A stretch of DNA of 64,000 nucleotides from Abditibacterium sp. (GTDB lineage: Bacteria > Armatimonadota > Abditibacteriia > Abditibacteriales > Abditibacteriaceae). The notes under the pieces were generated by a model. That model was not told the DNA's origin. It saw only the letters and a list, made by a program, of their open reading frames with translations, and did no database searches. The stretch lies in assembly GCA_965199495.1 (NCBI GenBank), contig CBDASK010000003.1, positions 3,136,001 through 3,200,000 on the forward strand, written 5' to 3'. Shown here piece after piece: positions 9,608 through 17,892 of the stretch; positions within the stretch are counted from its first letter, which is position 1, and each line of letters starts with the position of its first letter. The position numbers and the translations under genes are program-made.

Positions 9608-10837
9608 CTATCGGTTCATGCTCAAACGCGGCAAAGCAACGGTGCGACTGCCGTTGCGCAAATAGCCCTCGTTGCCGCTCATCGCCGTGGCTGGCGCTGG
9701 AGGTTGAGGCTGAAAACGCGCTTGATAATTATAATTCGGCGCTGTTGGGCGCACCGAGGCTTTGGCGACATAAGAAGTGGTCGCGAAAGCCGAGCGTTGA
9801 GGCGCACCGCCGATGTTACCGCCATAAAGCGGCGAGGCGGCGACTTGGCGAAACGCGCTGAGCGCGGCGGGCGTGGAATCGAAACGATAATTCGATTCGC
9901 CCATGTCGGTTTTGTCGCGGAAGAAATAATTGACCAGTCTCACGCGTGGATAACGGTTCGGGATTTCCTGCAAAAACGTGTCGGAAATCCATTGCGCTTT
10001 CGACTGGCCGCGCGGCGCGCCCTGTTCGGTCACGCCCAACTCGGCGATCATCATCGGCTTGTCCGAAATCGCGGTCAGCATACGATAGGAGCCGTCGAAT
10101 AATTGCTCGAACGAACGCCACGGGCGGCGCGCGCCATCATTATAAACCGACAAACCGATCCAATCCACCCACTCGTCGCCCGGATACAAATCACTCAAAT
10201 CAGCGCGCTGGCGTTCCAAAGAGTTGACCGGCGTTTGATAAACGATGTTAGGCGCCCACACCCAACTCGCGTTGGTCGCGCCCTCGACGCGAAAGATGCG
10301 CACCACGCGGCGCCACATATTCACGTAATCCGCCGGAGAATTATTGTTGTTGCGCGCATTATTGGACACATAGGCGGTGCCCCACGGATACCAATCGCCG
10401 TTCATTTCGTGGGCCAATCGAATCAAAACCGGCGCGCCGCTACTCTTGACCGCGCGTGCATATTGGCGAATATACGGATCGTAGGCGCCGCTCGCCACGG
10501 CGCGGCACGACCAACTGCTATCGCGCGCGCCGTTGTCCCACGGCTCCCACGTCACCATCAGGCGCCCGCCGATCTGGCTGGCGCGGCGCGCGCTGCTCAC
10601 GGGAAACTGGTTCCAGCCCGTCCATCCCTGATAAATAGACCACACGGCGGGCAAACGCCCGACCTGCGAACGCCACGCGTCAACCGCCGCGCTATCGCCG
10701 GGCGCGCACATACCGTTACCCAGATAATAATAAGCCCCCAACGCAATGCCGGTCGAAGCCTGAACGCGCGATGAGAGGGCAGAACCCAGCATTGCGGCTA
10801 TTGTGAAGGCGAGTATTGAAATTTTGGGAAACGTCAT
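9608..10837 (-). CDS. Secreted glycoside hydrolase family 26 (mannanase-like)
   Basis: Signal peptide; RLAHEMNGDWYPW, YPGDEWVDWIGLSVYN and KPMMIAELG motifs. Confidence 0.88.
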   Translation of the reverse strand: MTFPKISILAFTIAAMLGSALSSRVQASTGIALGAYYYLGNGMCAPGDSAAVDAWRSQVGRLPAVWSIYQGWTGWNQFPVSSARRASQIGGRLMVTWEPWDNGARDSSWSCRAVASGAYDPYIRQYARAVKSSGAPVLIRLAHEMNGDWYPWGTAYVSNNARNNNNSPADYVNMWRRVVRIFRVEGATNASWVWAPNIVYQTPVNSLERQRADLSDLYPGDEWVDWIGLSVYNDGARRPWRSFEQLFDGSYRMLTAISDKPMMIAELGVTEQGAPRGQSKAQWISDTFLQEIPNRYPRVRLVNYFFRDKTDMGESNYRFDSTPAALSAFRQVAASPLYGGNIGGAPQRSAFATTSYVAKASVRPTAPNYNYQARFQPQPPAPATAMSGNEGYLRNGSRTVALPRLSMNR

Positions 10838-11147
10838 AGAGGCGAAGAAGAACTACGAAAGATTGTTGCCAAATGAAAGCGCTCTAAAGCAGCGGCTTCT
10901 CTACGATGGGTTGTGACAATGGTTCAATCGAACGATTAAATCGCGCCAAGTGTGCATTTTCTAAATCCTTGTGTCAATTGAACTCACCCCTTTTCCTCGT
11001 TGGTTAAACCTTAAAGTTGTCCATACTCTTCCTATTATTACGCGCTTCTATGGCCTGAGATTAGTAATCAATGGAAGGACGCGCATTCTCAATGGCGCCA
11101 TTTTCTGAGGCGGAACAAGCCAAAGCGCGCCAAAACCGCTAAACCTT

Positions 11148-12320
11148 ATGCCTCCAATGGTTCCCAATTCTGCCGACGCGCCCGCGATGTCATCTTCGAT
11201 ACAACCCCTCACAAGTTCTGGGCGCGCTTCCCAAACTTCCGCGCTAATGTGGCGCGGCCTGATTCATCATTACCGCAAGCATTTGCCCGTCACCGACGCG
11301 ACGCCCAACATCACCCTGTGCGAAGGCAACACGCCTTTAATTCACGCGCCGCGTCTGGCGCAGCAGATCGCGCCCGACATCGAGCTTTATCTCAAGTTCG
11401 AGGGTACCAATCCCACGGGTTCGTTCAAAGACCGGGGCATGACGATGGCCGTTTCCAAAGCCGCCGAGAAAAACGCGCAGGTCGCGATTTGCGCTTCGAC
11501 AGGCAACACCAGCGCCGCCGCCGCCGCCTACTGCGCCGTGGCTGGCATTGCCTGCGTGGTTCTCATTCCCAACAACAACATCGCGCTGGGCAAATTAGCT
11601 CAGGCCTTAATCGAGGGCGCGACGGTTCTGGCCATCGAAGGCAACTTCGACGACGCCCTGAACATCGTGCGCGATTTGACCCAATCGCATCCGATTGAAC
11701 TGTTGAACTCGGTCAATCCCTATCGCATCGAGGGCCAGAAAACCGGCGCTTTCGAGGTCTGCGATTTTCTGGGTCACGCGCCCGATTACCATTTCGTGCC
11801 CGTCGGCAACGCGGGCAATATCACCGCGTATTGGAAAGGCTACCGCGAATATCACGCGGCGGGAGTTATCAATAGCTTGCCGAAAATGTGTGGATTTCAA
11901 GCGGCGGGCGCGGCGCCGCTGGTTTTGGGCCATAACGTGGACGCGCCCGAAACAGTAGCCACGGCGATCCGCATTGGTCACCCGGCGCGCGGCACCGAGG
12001 CGATTCAAGCGCGCGACGAATCGGGCGGCCTCATCGGCAGCGTCACCGACACCGAAATTTTGCAAGCGCAAAGCCTGACGGCGGCGCTATCGGGCGTCTT
12101 CGGCGAACCGGCGTGCGCCGCGCCGATTGCTGGAATCAAGAAATTATCCGCGCAAGGCTATTTTCGCGACGCGCGCGAAAAGTTGGGCCGCAAACCAATC
12201 GTCGTTTCGGTCGTAACGGGCCACGGCCTCAAAGACCCCGAAACCGCGATTCGCAACAGCGGCGCCCCGATTGTCGTGCCCGCCCGCAACGAAGACGTTC
12301 TGCGCGCAATTGGCTTTTAA
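11148..12320 (+). CDS. thrC: Threonine synthase (start may be downstream, e.g. 11187)
   Basis: NPTGSFKDRG, CASTGNTS, PVGNAGN and TGHGLKDP motifs. Confidence 0.92.
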   Translation: MPPMVPNSADAPAMSSSIQPLTSSGRASQTSALMWRGLIHHYRKHLPVTDATPNITLCEGNTPLIHAPRLAQQIAPDIELYLKFEGTNPTGSFKDRGMTMAVSKAAEKNAQVAICASTGNTSAAAAAYCAVAGIACVVLIPNNNIALGKLAQALIEGATVLAIEGNFDDALNIVRDLTQSHPIELLNSVNPYRIEGQKTGAFEVCDFLGHAPDYHFVPVGNAGNITAYWKGYREYHAAGVINSLPKMCGFQAAGAAPLVLGHNVDAPETVATAIRIGHPARGTEAIQARDESGGLIGSVTDTEILQAQSLTAALSGVFGEPACAAPIAGIKKLSAQGYFRDAREKLGRKPIVVSVVTGHGLKDPETAIRNSGAPIVVPARNEDVLRAIGF

Positions 12321-12335
12321 AAGCGCATCAAAAAT

Positions 12336-12370
12336 AAACGCCCCGCGACGAAAATCGCGGGGCGTTTGTT
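12336..12370. terminator. Intrinsic terminator after thrC
   Basis: aaacgccccgcga-cgaaaa-tcgcggggcgtttgtt hairpin. Confidence 0.8.
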
Positions 12371-12409
12371 GTTAAAGTTGGACTGTTTCAATTTGTTAAA
12401 GTGGGATAT

Positions 12410-12439
12410 GGCGTTTGACGATGTATTTTCTTGTTCGAC
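12410..12439 (-). other. Truncated attC remnant (R'' half) of cassette 4
   Basis: Minus strand GTCGAACaagaaaatacatcgtcaaacgcc resembles the left halves of the other attC sites; no R' half found. Confidence 0.45.
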
Positions 12440-12454
12440 GGCTAATTGTCTATA

Positions 12455-13060
12455 TTAGCCCCATTCTGGAATCCACATAAATGGAAGATGAGACCAGAAA
12501 TCAATACGTTTGGGCTTCTTCAATTTGGGACATGGATTACTAATTTTGAACTCATGTGCTAAATAACTGGGCAAATCTAAGCCGTAATAAATGATGTCCG
12601 TTTGCTATACAGAATAAATTGGATTGCCTTCAGCATGAGGAGAATCTGGCATATACCGATGGCCATAAATTGGGATCAGTGTTGGCGCTTAGTTCACTTT
12701 TTCATGAGCGATGGCACAAGCCTCCTCATCAGATGCAGGGCGTACGCCCCAATCGTCCATCCAAAAATTGTTATTTTTGATGTCGAAACACATGCCCTCA
12801 TAAGGCCAATTTAGCCTGTCCCGAATTTGGTTCTCGTCCTCAAAACGCCAGTTTGGAAACGGGTTCTTGTGCGTGCGTGCTGGATTAGGCGGCAGCGAAA
12901 CCGGCAACGCCATCTGCAAAAACATCTTCAGGTCAGGCGGGAACACGAAGCTAAATTTATTCTCTACGGCTTCGATTTCAGCGTCGGACAAACCATCTTC
13001 AAAAATGATTCCAAATTCTCGAAGTTGCTCGATTGCTACTTGGCAATATTCTGTATCCAT
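12455..13060 (-). pseudogene. SMI1/KNR4-family immunity gene with two in-frame stops
   Basis: The frame continues past TAA (12689-12691) as APTLIPIYGHRYMP...GNPIYSV and past TAG (12605-12607) as QTDIIYYGLDL...IDFWS, ending at TAA 12455. Confidence 0.85.
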
Positions 13061-13104
13061 GCTCAGATTCTAACATATCGCGCTTATACAAGCCGCGCGC
13101 AGCG

Positions 13105-13208
13105 ATGGAACACCAAGCTCATCCGCCGCCAGACGCGGAGTGAAACGGAACGACGAATGACTGAAACGAACGGAGCTGTGGGCGATTGGGTGTGGCACTT
13201 TGTTCTGC
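13105..13208 (-). other. attC site of cassette 3 (104 bp)
   Basis: GCAGAACaaagtgccacacccaatcgcc...ggcggcggatgagcttggtGTTCCAT imperfect palindrome just after the stop codon. Confidence 0.8.
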
Positions 13209-13229
13209 CGGTGTTGAGACGCTTTATTC

Positions 13230-13712
13230 CTAATCTTCGGCGACGCGGCCATAAATGGTTTTGCAAACTGCCTGCATGAAATCAGGCCCGTAAACCGGCA
13301 TATTATGAGACCAGCCAACGAGATGTTTGTTTTGTTCCTCAAATTGTCTGCACGCCTCTTTCACTCTGTCTGCTTCAACGCCTACTCCGCAAGTAATTAA
13401 GTTGTCTAACGCGCCCCAATGACCTTGCGATGCAGCAGCTATCCACCAACGGGTAGCAATTTGAATTGTTTCTTCGTAATTCCGATGATATTCTTCCTCG
13501 CTGTCACAACAAAAGCCCAGCCAGTAAATAGTTGCGAGTGCATACTGACAGCGCATCTCGCCAGCTTCCGCCAATGGGATAAGAAGTGCGCGCAACGCAG
13601 TGAATTCGTTTGTATCAGGTCGGTGCCAGATAGACGGATTATGAGAACAATCGCCCGTATTTAATTCAACAGCGCGTTCGTATTGCTGGAGCAGAGCATC
13701 AACTTCGTTCAT
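13230..13712 (-). CDS. Cassette 3: Sel1-like repeat protein
   Basis: LAEAGEMRCQYALATIY and RWWIAAASQGH Sel1-like motifs; start placed at ATG 13712, downstream of the cassette boundary at 13760. Confidence 0.6.
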   Translation of the reverse strand: MNEVDALLQQYERAVELNTGDCSHNPSIWHRPDTNEFTALRALLIPLAEAGEMRCQYALATIYWLGFCCDSEEEYHRNYEETIQIATRWWIAAASQGHWGALDNLITCGVGVEADRVKEACRQFEEQNKHLVGWSHNMPVYGPDFMQAVCKTIYGRVAED

Positions 13713-13753
13713 ACCATCTTTAATTGTAGCAACTACATCCAAGCCGCGCGCCA

Positions 13754-13778
13754 GCAGAACGTTAAGCCGATGTTGGGA
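13754..13778 (-). other. Internally deleted attC of cassette 2
   Basis: TCCCAAC-atcggcttaac-GTTCTGC: the R'' and R' boxes are only 11 bp apart. Confidence 0.6.
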
Positions 13779-13782
13779 TGTT

Positions 13783-14865
13783 TCAATCTGTTTGTCGCTT
13801 GGCAGCATCGAGGAATTGCGCATCGGTGACAACATCTTGAAATTCGGGTAGTCTCGTCCAAGCGTCGTAGTTACCTACAACTCGGTCTGCGCCTTGCTTG
13901 AGCAGTGATAACACTTCAGAGCGCGACTTTGTTGTGGCCCATAAAGAGGCTGCCAACCATGAATATGTCCAGTGTTCCCAGATACCGAGTTTGATTGCGC
14001 AACGGAACAAAGGGATAGCGAGGTCATATTGACGAGTGAAGTAAAGCGATGCAGCCAAGTTATGAAACAGTGTGCTCAACTTTCGCTTTTGTTCAAAGTC
14101 CAGGTCAGCGTTTTGCGCTCGATATGCCTCCAATTCCACGCTGGCATTTTGACCGATGCGGCGTATCTCTGGAACACTTTGCAGTTTCCAATATACCGCT
14201 ATTTTTGAGGCATAAGATTCTATTCTAACTCCAACTGATGCCTCCCAATTCTGATCTTCCTCACTCAGATCACGAATTCGGTTGGCCATCTGTAAGGCTT
14301 CCTCAAACTTTTCCAGTTGGCTATACATCCTGTTTGCCGTTCGCAGGTAAATAAAGCGGTCGTAACGATTTTCAGGTGAAGGAGTAATAACCGCCATAAT
14401 GTCATCGAAAATTTGAAGCCACTCATCGCCCTTCGACGTTGCTCTCCAACAGACAGCCTGCGTGCCGTCATACATAACCCACAAAAGCCGGTCTTGCGGT
14501 AAATATTCTCGTGCCCATGCTAAGAAATCTCGCTGTTTTTCGACCACTTCTTCGCATTGGCCCATCATAGCCAGATTATCGATAAGTTCCCACCGCGCCC
14601 AAGATTCCTCTTCTACGCTGAGCGGCTGAGTTAAGTATTGAGCCAAAACTTCGACGGTAAACTCTTTATTCCCGCCGAAGAAATAGGAAACCTCATTGGC
14701 AAGGTGAACAGCCTCAGTCGCCAAACAACCTTCTTGAAATTGCTCGTTCAGAAGGTCGTTGAGCGTCTTTCGGGCAGCTTCCAATAGAGATTGGTCTGCC
14801 GAAGATGTATCAGCTTTGAACTGCTGCCGATACTCATCCAGAAGTTGCTTCACTGTTTGAATCAT
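13783..14865 (-). CDS. Cassette 2: TPR-like helical hypothetical protein
   Basis: Long ORF between attC sites; HNLAASLY...YDLAIPLFRCAIKL is a TPR-like segment; start at ATG 14865. Confidence 0.65.
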   Translation of the reverse strand: MIQTVKQLLDEYRQQFKADTSSADQSLLEAARKTLNDLLNEQFQEGCLATEAVHLANEVSYFFGGNKEFTVEVLAQYLTQPLSVEEESWARWELIDNLAMMGQCEEVVEKQRDFLAWAREYLPQDRLLWVMYDGTQAVCWRATSKGDEWLQIFDDIMAVITPSPENRYDRFIYLRTANRMYSQLEKFEEALQMANRIRDLSEEDQNWEASVGVRIESYASKIAVYWKLQSVPEIRRIGQNASVELEAYRAQNADLDFEQKRKLSTLFHNLAASLYFTRQYDLAIPLFRCAIKLGIWEHWTYSWLAASLWATTKSRSEVLSLLKQGADRVVGNYDAWTRLPEFQDVVTDAQFLDAAKRQTD

Positions 14866-14910
14866 ATGTCTTTTCAGAGTACCAGAACACCCATCATGCC
14901 GCTCGCGACG

Positions 14911-14979
14911 GTCCAACGACAAGCTCACCCGCCGCCGGAAGCGAAGCTGTAGGCGGTCGGGTGCAGCGCCTTGTTAGCT
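14911..14979 (-). other. attC site of cassette 1 (69 bp)
   Basis: AGCTAACaaggcgctgcacccgaccgcc...ggcggcgggtgagcttgtcGTTGGAC has typical R''-L''-L'-R' structure. Confidence 0.9.
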
Positions 14980-14984
14980 TGCTG

Positions 14985-15419
14985 TTATTCGGTCGTGCTT
15001 ACTGCTTGGACTTTGTAATAAAGAGCTTGCACGGGAGTGTTGGTCTTTGGTGTTGCTACTCGTTTTCCTTCTGAGTTAATCCATACCAATTTGGAAAGTG
15101 GAATAACTTCGTAGGACTTGGGGCGAAGAAATAAAGGACGCGGTAATTGCGCTATGGCAGATAAAGCTGTGTCAATGTCGCGGGAGCCGACGGCTAAATG
15201 AGTGACGATAAAGGGGCCTCCTGACGAACTGACAATGAGAGCATCTTCACCTTTCGTATCGCTTTTACTTTCCCAACGCAACTGAAGTTTGTACGCGTTG
15301 GTGATAATGCGCCGCTCCAAATAATTGAATCCACCGATAAGCGTGGACACAGCAACCAAGACGAGCCAAAAGCGATTCTATCGAGTGAGCCTTTTAATTT
15401 GAGCATCATTGTCATTCAT
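14985..15419 (-). pseudogene. Cassette 1: membrane-anchored hypothetical gene with premature TAG at codon 14
   Basis: ATG at 15419 reads MNDNDAQIKRLTR*NRFWLVLVAVST..., in frame with the 14985-15359 ORF; TAG at 15378-15380. Confidence 0.7.
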
Positions 15420-15476
15420 AATCTTCAATATACATCACGGAGCATCTGTCGAGTACTCGCAAGACCGCGCGCAGCA

Positions 15477-15610
15477 AACTAACAATGTTATTATCCCGCA
15501 AATTTATACTTATCTGCGGGATAATCCCACACAAGCGACGTTGTTTTACCGCAAATTTACGCTCTCTCTAAATTGCGGGATATTCCTTTTAATGCGGAAT
15601 TATCCCGCTT
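15477..15610 (-). other. attI-like site
   Basis: GTTAGTT crossover box opens cassette 1 and nearly complements its AGCTAAC; it is preceded by several repeated TGCGG(G/T)ATAA-like boxes rather than an attC stem. Confidence 0.55.
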
Positions 15611-15625
15611 CTCCAAACCGCGCAA

Positions 15626-16528
15626 TTAACCGTGACGCAACCCAAATCCACCCGATTTTTTCTCGCTCGTCGAGCGGCGCAGATATTTTTGCACCGTTGG
15701 CAGTTGGCCGATGAAATCGCTCGCCAGCAAACCGTCTTCGGGGCCGTCTTTGGTCAGCGCCTCGCCCGCTTGCGCGTGCAGGTGAACGCCCCAAATTGTG
15801 GCGCGTGTGGCGTCCAATCCCTGCGCCAATAAACTGCCGATGATGCCCGCCAAAACATCGCCGCTTCCGGCGGTGCCCAGCGCGCGTGGGCCACTTTCTT
15901 CCAAATACGCGTCGCCTTCGGGCGTGGCGATGATGGTATGATGGCCTTTCAAGGCCAGCGTCGCGCCCGCTTTCTGGGCGTATTCGGTTGCCAATTGTTC
16001 GCGATTGTCACCGATGGTTTTGCCTGTCAGTGTCTCGAACTCGCCGTCATGCGGCGTCAGAATGCGCGCGCGCGCGTTGGCTTTCCAGTCGCTGGATAAC
16101 GCGCTAATCGCCTGCGCGTCAATCAATAGCGGAAGGGGCGCCGCTTCGACGACTTGGCGCGCGAACTCGTCGGTTTCGGAGTTTTCGTCCAAACCGGGGC
16201 CAAGCACGATGGCGTCGCAAACTTTCGCTTGCGCCGCGATGAGTTCGATGGCGTCCGCCGCAATCGTGCCATCTTTGGTTTCGGGGAGTGGCACGACCAT
16301 CAGTTCGGGCAAGGCGATTCCGATCGCCATCGCCACGCCCTGCGGTGCAGCCACGCGCACCGACCCGCAACCGGCGCGCAGCGCCGCGCGCGCGGCCAAA
16401 ATCGCGGCGCCGGGAATGCGCCGCGAACCGCCGATAATTAAAAGTTTGCCCCGGTCGGCTTTATGAGTTTCCTCGTTCCAGTCGGGCAGAGGATGAGATT
16501 TCAAAAGTTCAATGTCTATATTTTTCAT
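15626..16528 (-). CDS. nnrD: ADP-dependent NAD(P)HX dehydratase
   Basis: HKADRGKLLIIGGS, LTPHDGEF and GTAGSGDVLAG motifs. Confidence 0.92.
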   Translation of the reverse strand: MKNIDIELLKSHPLPDWNEETHKADRGKLLIIGGSRRIPGAAILAARAALRAGCGSVRVAAPQGVAMAIGIALPELMVVPLPETKDGTIAADAIELIAAQAKVCDAIVLGPGLDENSETDEFARQVVEAAPLPLLIDAQAISALSSDWKANARARILTPHDGEFETLTGKTIGDNREQLATEYAQKAGATLALKGHHTIIATPEGDAYLEESGPRALGTAGSGDVLAGIIGSLLAQGLDATRATIWGVHLHAQAGEALTKDGPEDGLLASDFIGQLPTVQKYLRRSTSEKKSGGFGLRHG

Positions 16529-16572
16529 GGAAAGTTAGGAGTCAGAATTAGAATTCATGCCAACTTCTGCCG

Positions 16573-17616
16573 TTACAATGTCGCTAAAAATTTGTTGCTG
16601 ATGTCGTGGCCATAATGCTGGCGATAGAACATTTTGCGCTCCAAATCTTCGATGACGGCGGCGTTGAAGTCTACGCCTTCATACTCGCTGGCGTGCCACA
16701 AACCGCCGGGCGAAAACACGTTGATTTCCATCAACTTATCGCCGACGATGTCGAGGCCGACCAAATACATTCCATCGGCGACCAATTTCGGACGCACGAT
16801 TTCGCAAATTTGAAGCATTTCCGGCGTAATCTCGGCGTGTTCACCCGTCCCGCCGACGTGCATATTCGAGCGCATATCGGCGGTCGTGCTTTTGCGCCGG
16901 AGCGCCGCATATTTGCCGTCAACTTCGAGCGGCTTGCCGTTCATCAAAAACAAACGCACATCGCCTTCCGACGCGGCGGGCAGATACTCCTGCGCCACGA
17001 CATAACCATCGCGCGCGATACTTTCGACCATTTGATTGAGGTTGGGCGCGTCGGTCGGGCGAACCAGAAACACGCCGCTTCCGCCCGAACCCTGCAACGG
17101 TTTAATCACCATATGCTCGTTGTTTTCCTGATGAAAACGCCGAATATCGTTGATGTCGCGCGAAATCAATGTTTTGGGGCGCACCGCTTCGGGAAAATGC
17201 TGGAAATACATTTTGTTAATCGCATCTGCGAGAGTCGCCGGATGATTGACCACCAACGGCCCGCGCCGCGCCGCCAACTGCCCGAAAACGATGCCCGCCG
17301 TTTGCGTCCAAGCGCCGCCGCCCGCGATGGGTTCGGCGGCGTCGTTGCGCAACATCAAAACATCGAGATCATCAATTTTCACATGACTCGGCGTGGCTGC
17401 TTGCATCGCCTTGATGTAAGTTTCGCTCGATTTATAATTCGACTTGGGCGCCGTCATCGCCAAGGCGCGGACGTGATTATCGCTTTCCTCGATAAAATCG
17501 CTGACGCCCATCGTCCAAACTTCGTGGTCGCGCTTGAGCGCCGTTAGCGCCAGCGAGGTCGTCGCGTAAGTCGCCTGTTCGGTCGCGACATCATTGACTA
17601 CAAATCCAATTTTCAT
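16573..17616 (-). CDS. Glutathione synthetase (GshB)-like ATP-grasp ligase
   Basis: DVLMLRND, VIKPLQGSGG, QEYLP...GDVR, RSNMHVGG and GLDIVGDKLMEINVFSP motifs. Confidence 0.88.
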   Translation of the reverse strand: MKIGFVVNDVATEQATYATTSLALTALKRDHEVWTMGVSDFIEESDNHVRALAMTAPKSNYKSSETYIKAMQAATPSHVKIDDLDVLMLRNDAAEPIAGGGAWTQTAGIVFGQLAARRGPLVVNHPATLADAINKMYFQHFPEAVRPKTLISRDINDIRRFHQENNEHMVIKPLQGSGGSGVFLVRPTDAPNLNQMVESIARDGYVVAQEYLPAASEGDVRLFLMNGKPLEVDGKYAALRRKSTTADMRSNMHVGGTGEHAEITPEMLQICEIVRPKLVADGMYLVGLDIVGDKLMEINVFSPGGLWHASEYEGVDFNAAVIEDLERKMFYRQHYGHDISNKFLATL

Positions 17617-17655
17617 ATTCAATGCGAGGCAAGCAAATCTAACACCGCCGAAAAG

Positions 17656-17890
17656 ATGGTTTTTCACAAAGACCTCGAAGAAGGAACACCGCAGTTGGCC
17701 TCACTCTGTCATTTCGAGCTTGCCGAGAAATCTTTTGCCCGCGCGGCAGCGCAAGTCCGCAAATCTTTCACTCTCAAGCTCGCGCATCATTTCCGCTGGC
17801 GCGGGGCCGCAAGATTTCTCGGCTTCGCTCGAAATGACAGAGCGAGGCCAACTGCGGTGTTCCTTCTTCGAGGTCTTTGTGAAAAACCAT
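17656..17890. repeat. 235-bp nested palindromic element (TGTCATTTCGAGC core with extra outer arms)
   Basis: atggtttttcacaaagacctc...gccgagaaatct arms about 75 bp long, inverted; the inner part matches 29901-30034. Confidence 0.9.
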
Positions 17891-17892
17891 TC

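Larger units (their letters stand above)
12410..15610 (-). mobile_element. Integron gene-cassette array lacking an integrase (CALIN-like), four cassettes
   Basis: Lower GC, four co-oriented genes, two complete attC sites, one internally deleted attC, one half attC and an attI-like site. Confidence 0.8.

Noticed and set aside
12455..15419. Alternative genetic code or stop-codon readthrough in cassettes
   Set aside because: Both TAA and TAG are involved and both terminate ordinary genes here, so pseudogenisation is simpler.
16573..17616. Assigning the symbol gshB
   Set aside because: The fold matches, but the context (peptidase and amidohydrolase neighbours, no gshA in the window) leaves the substrate uncertain.
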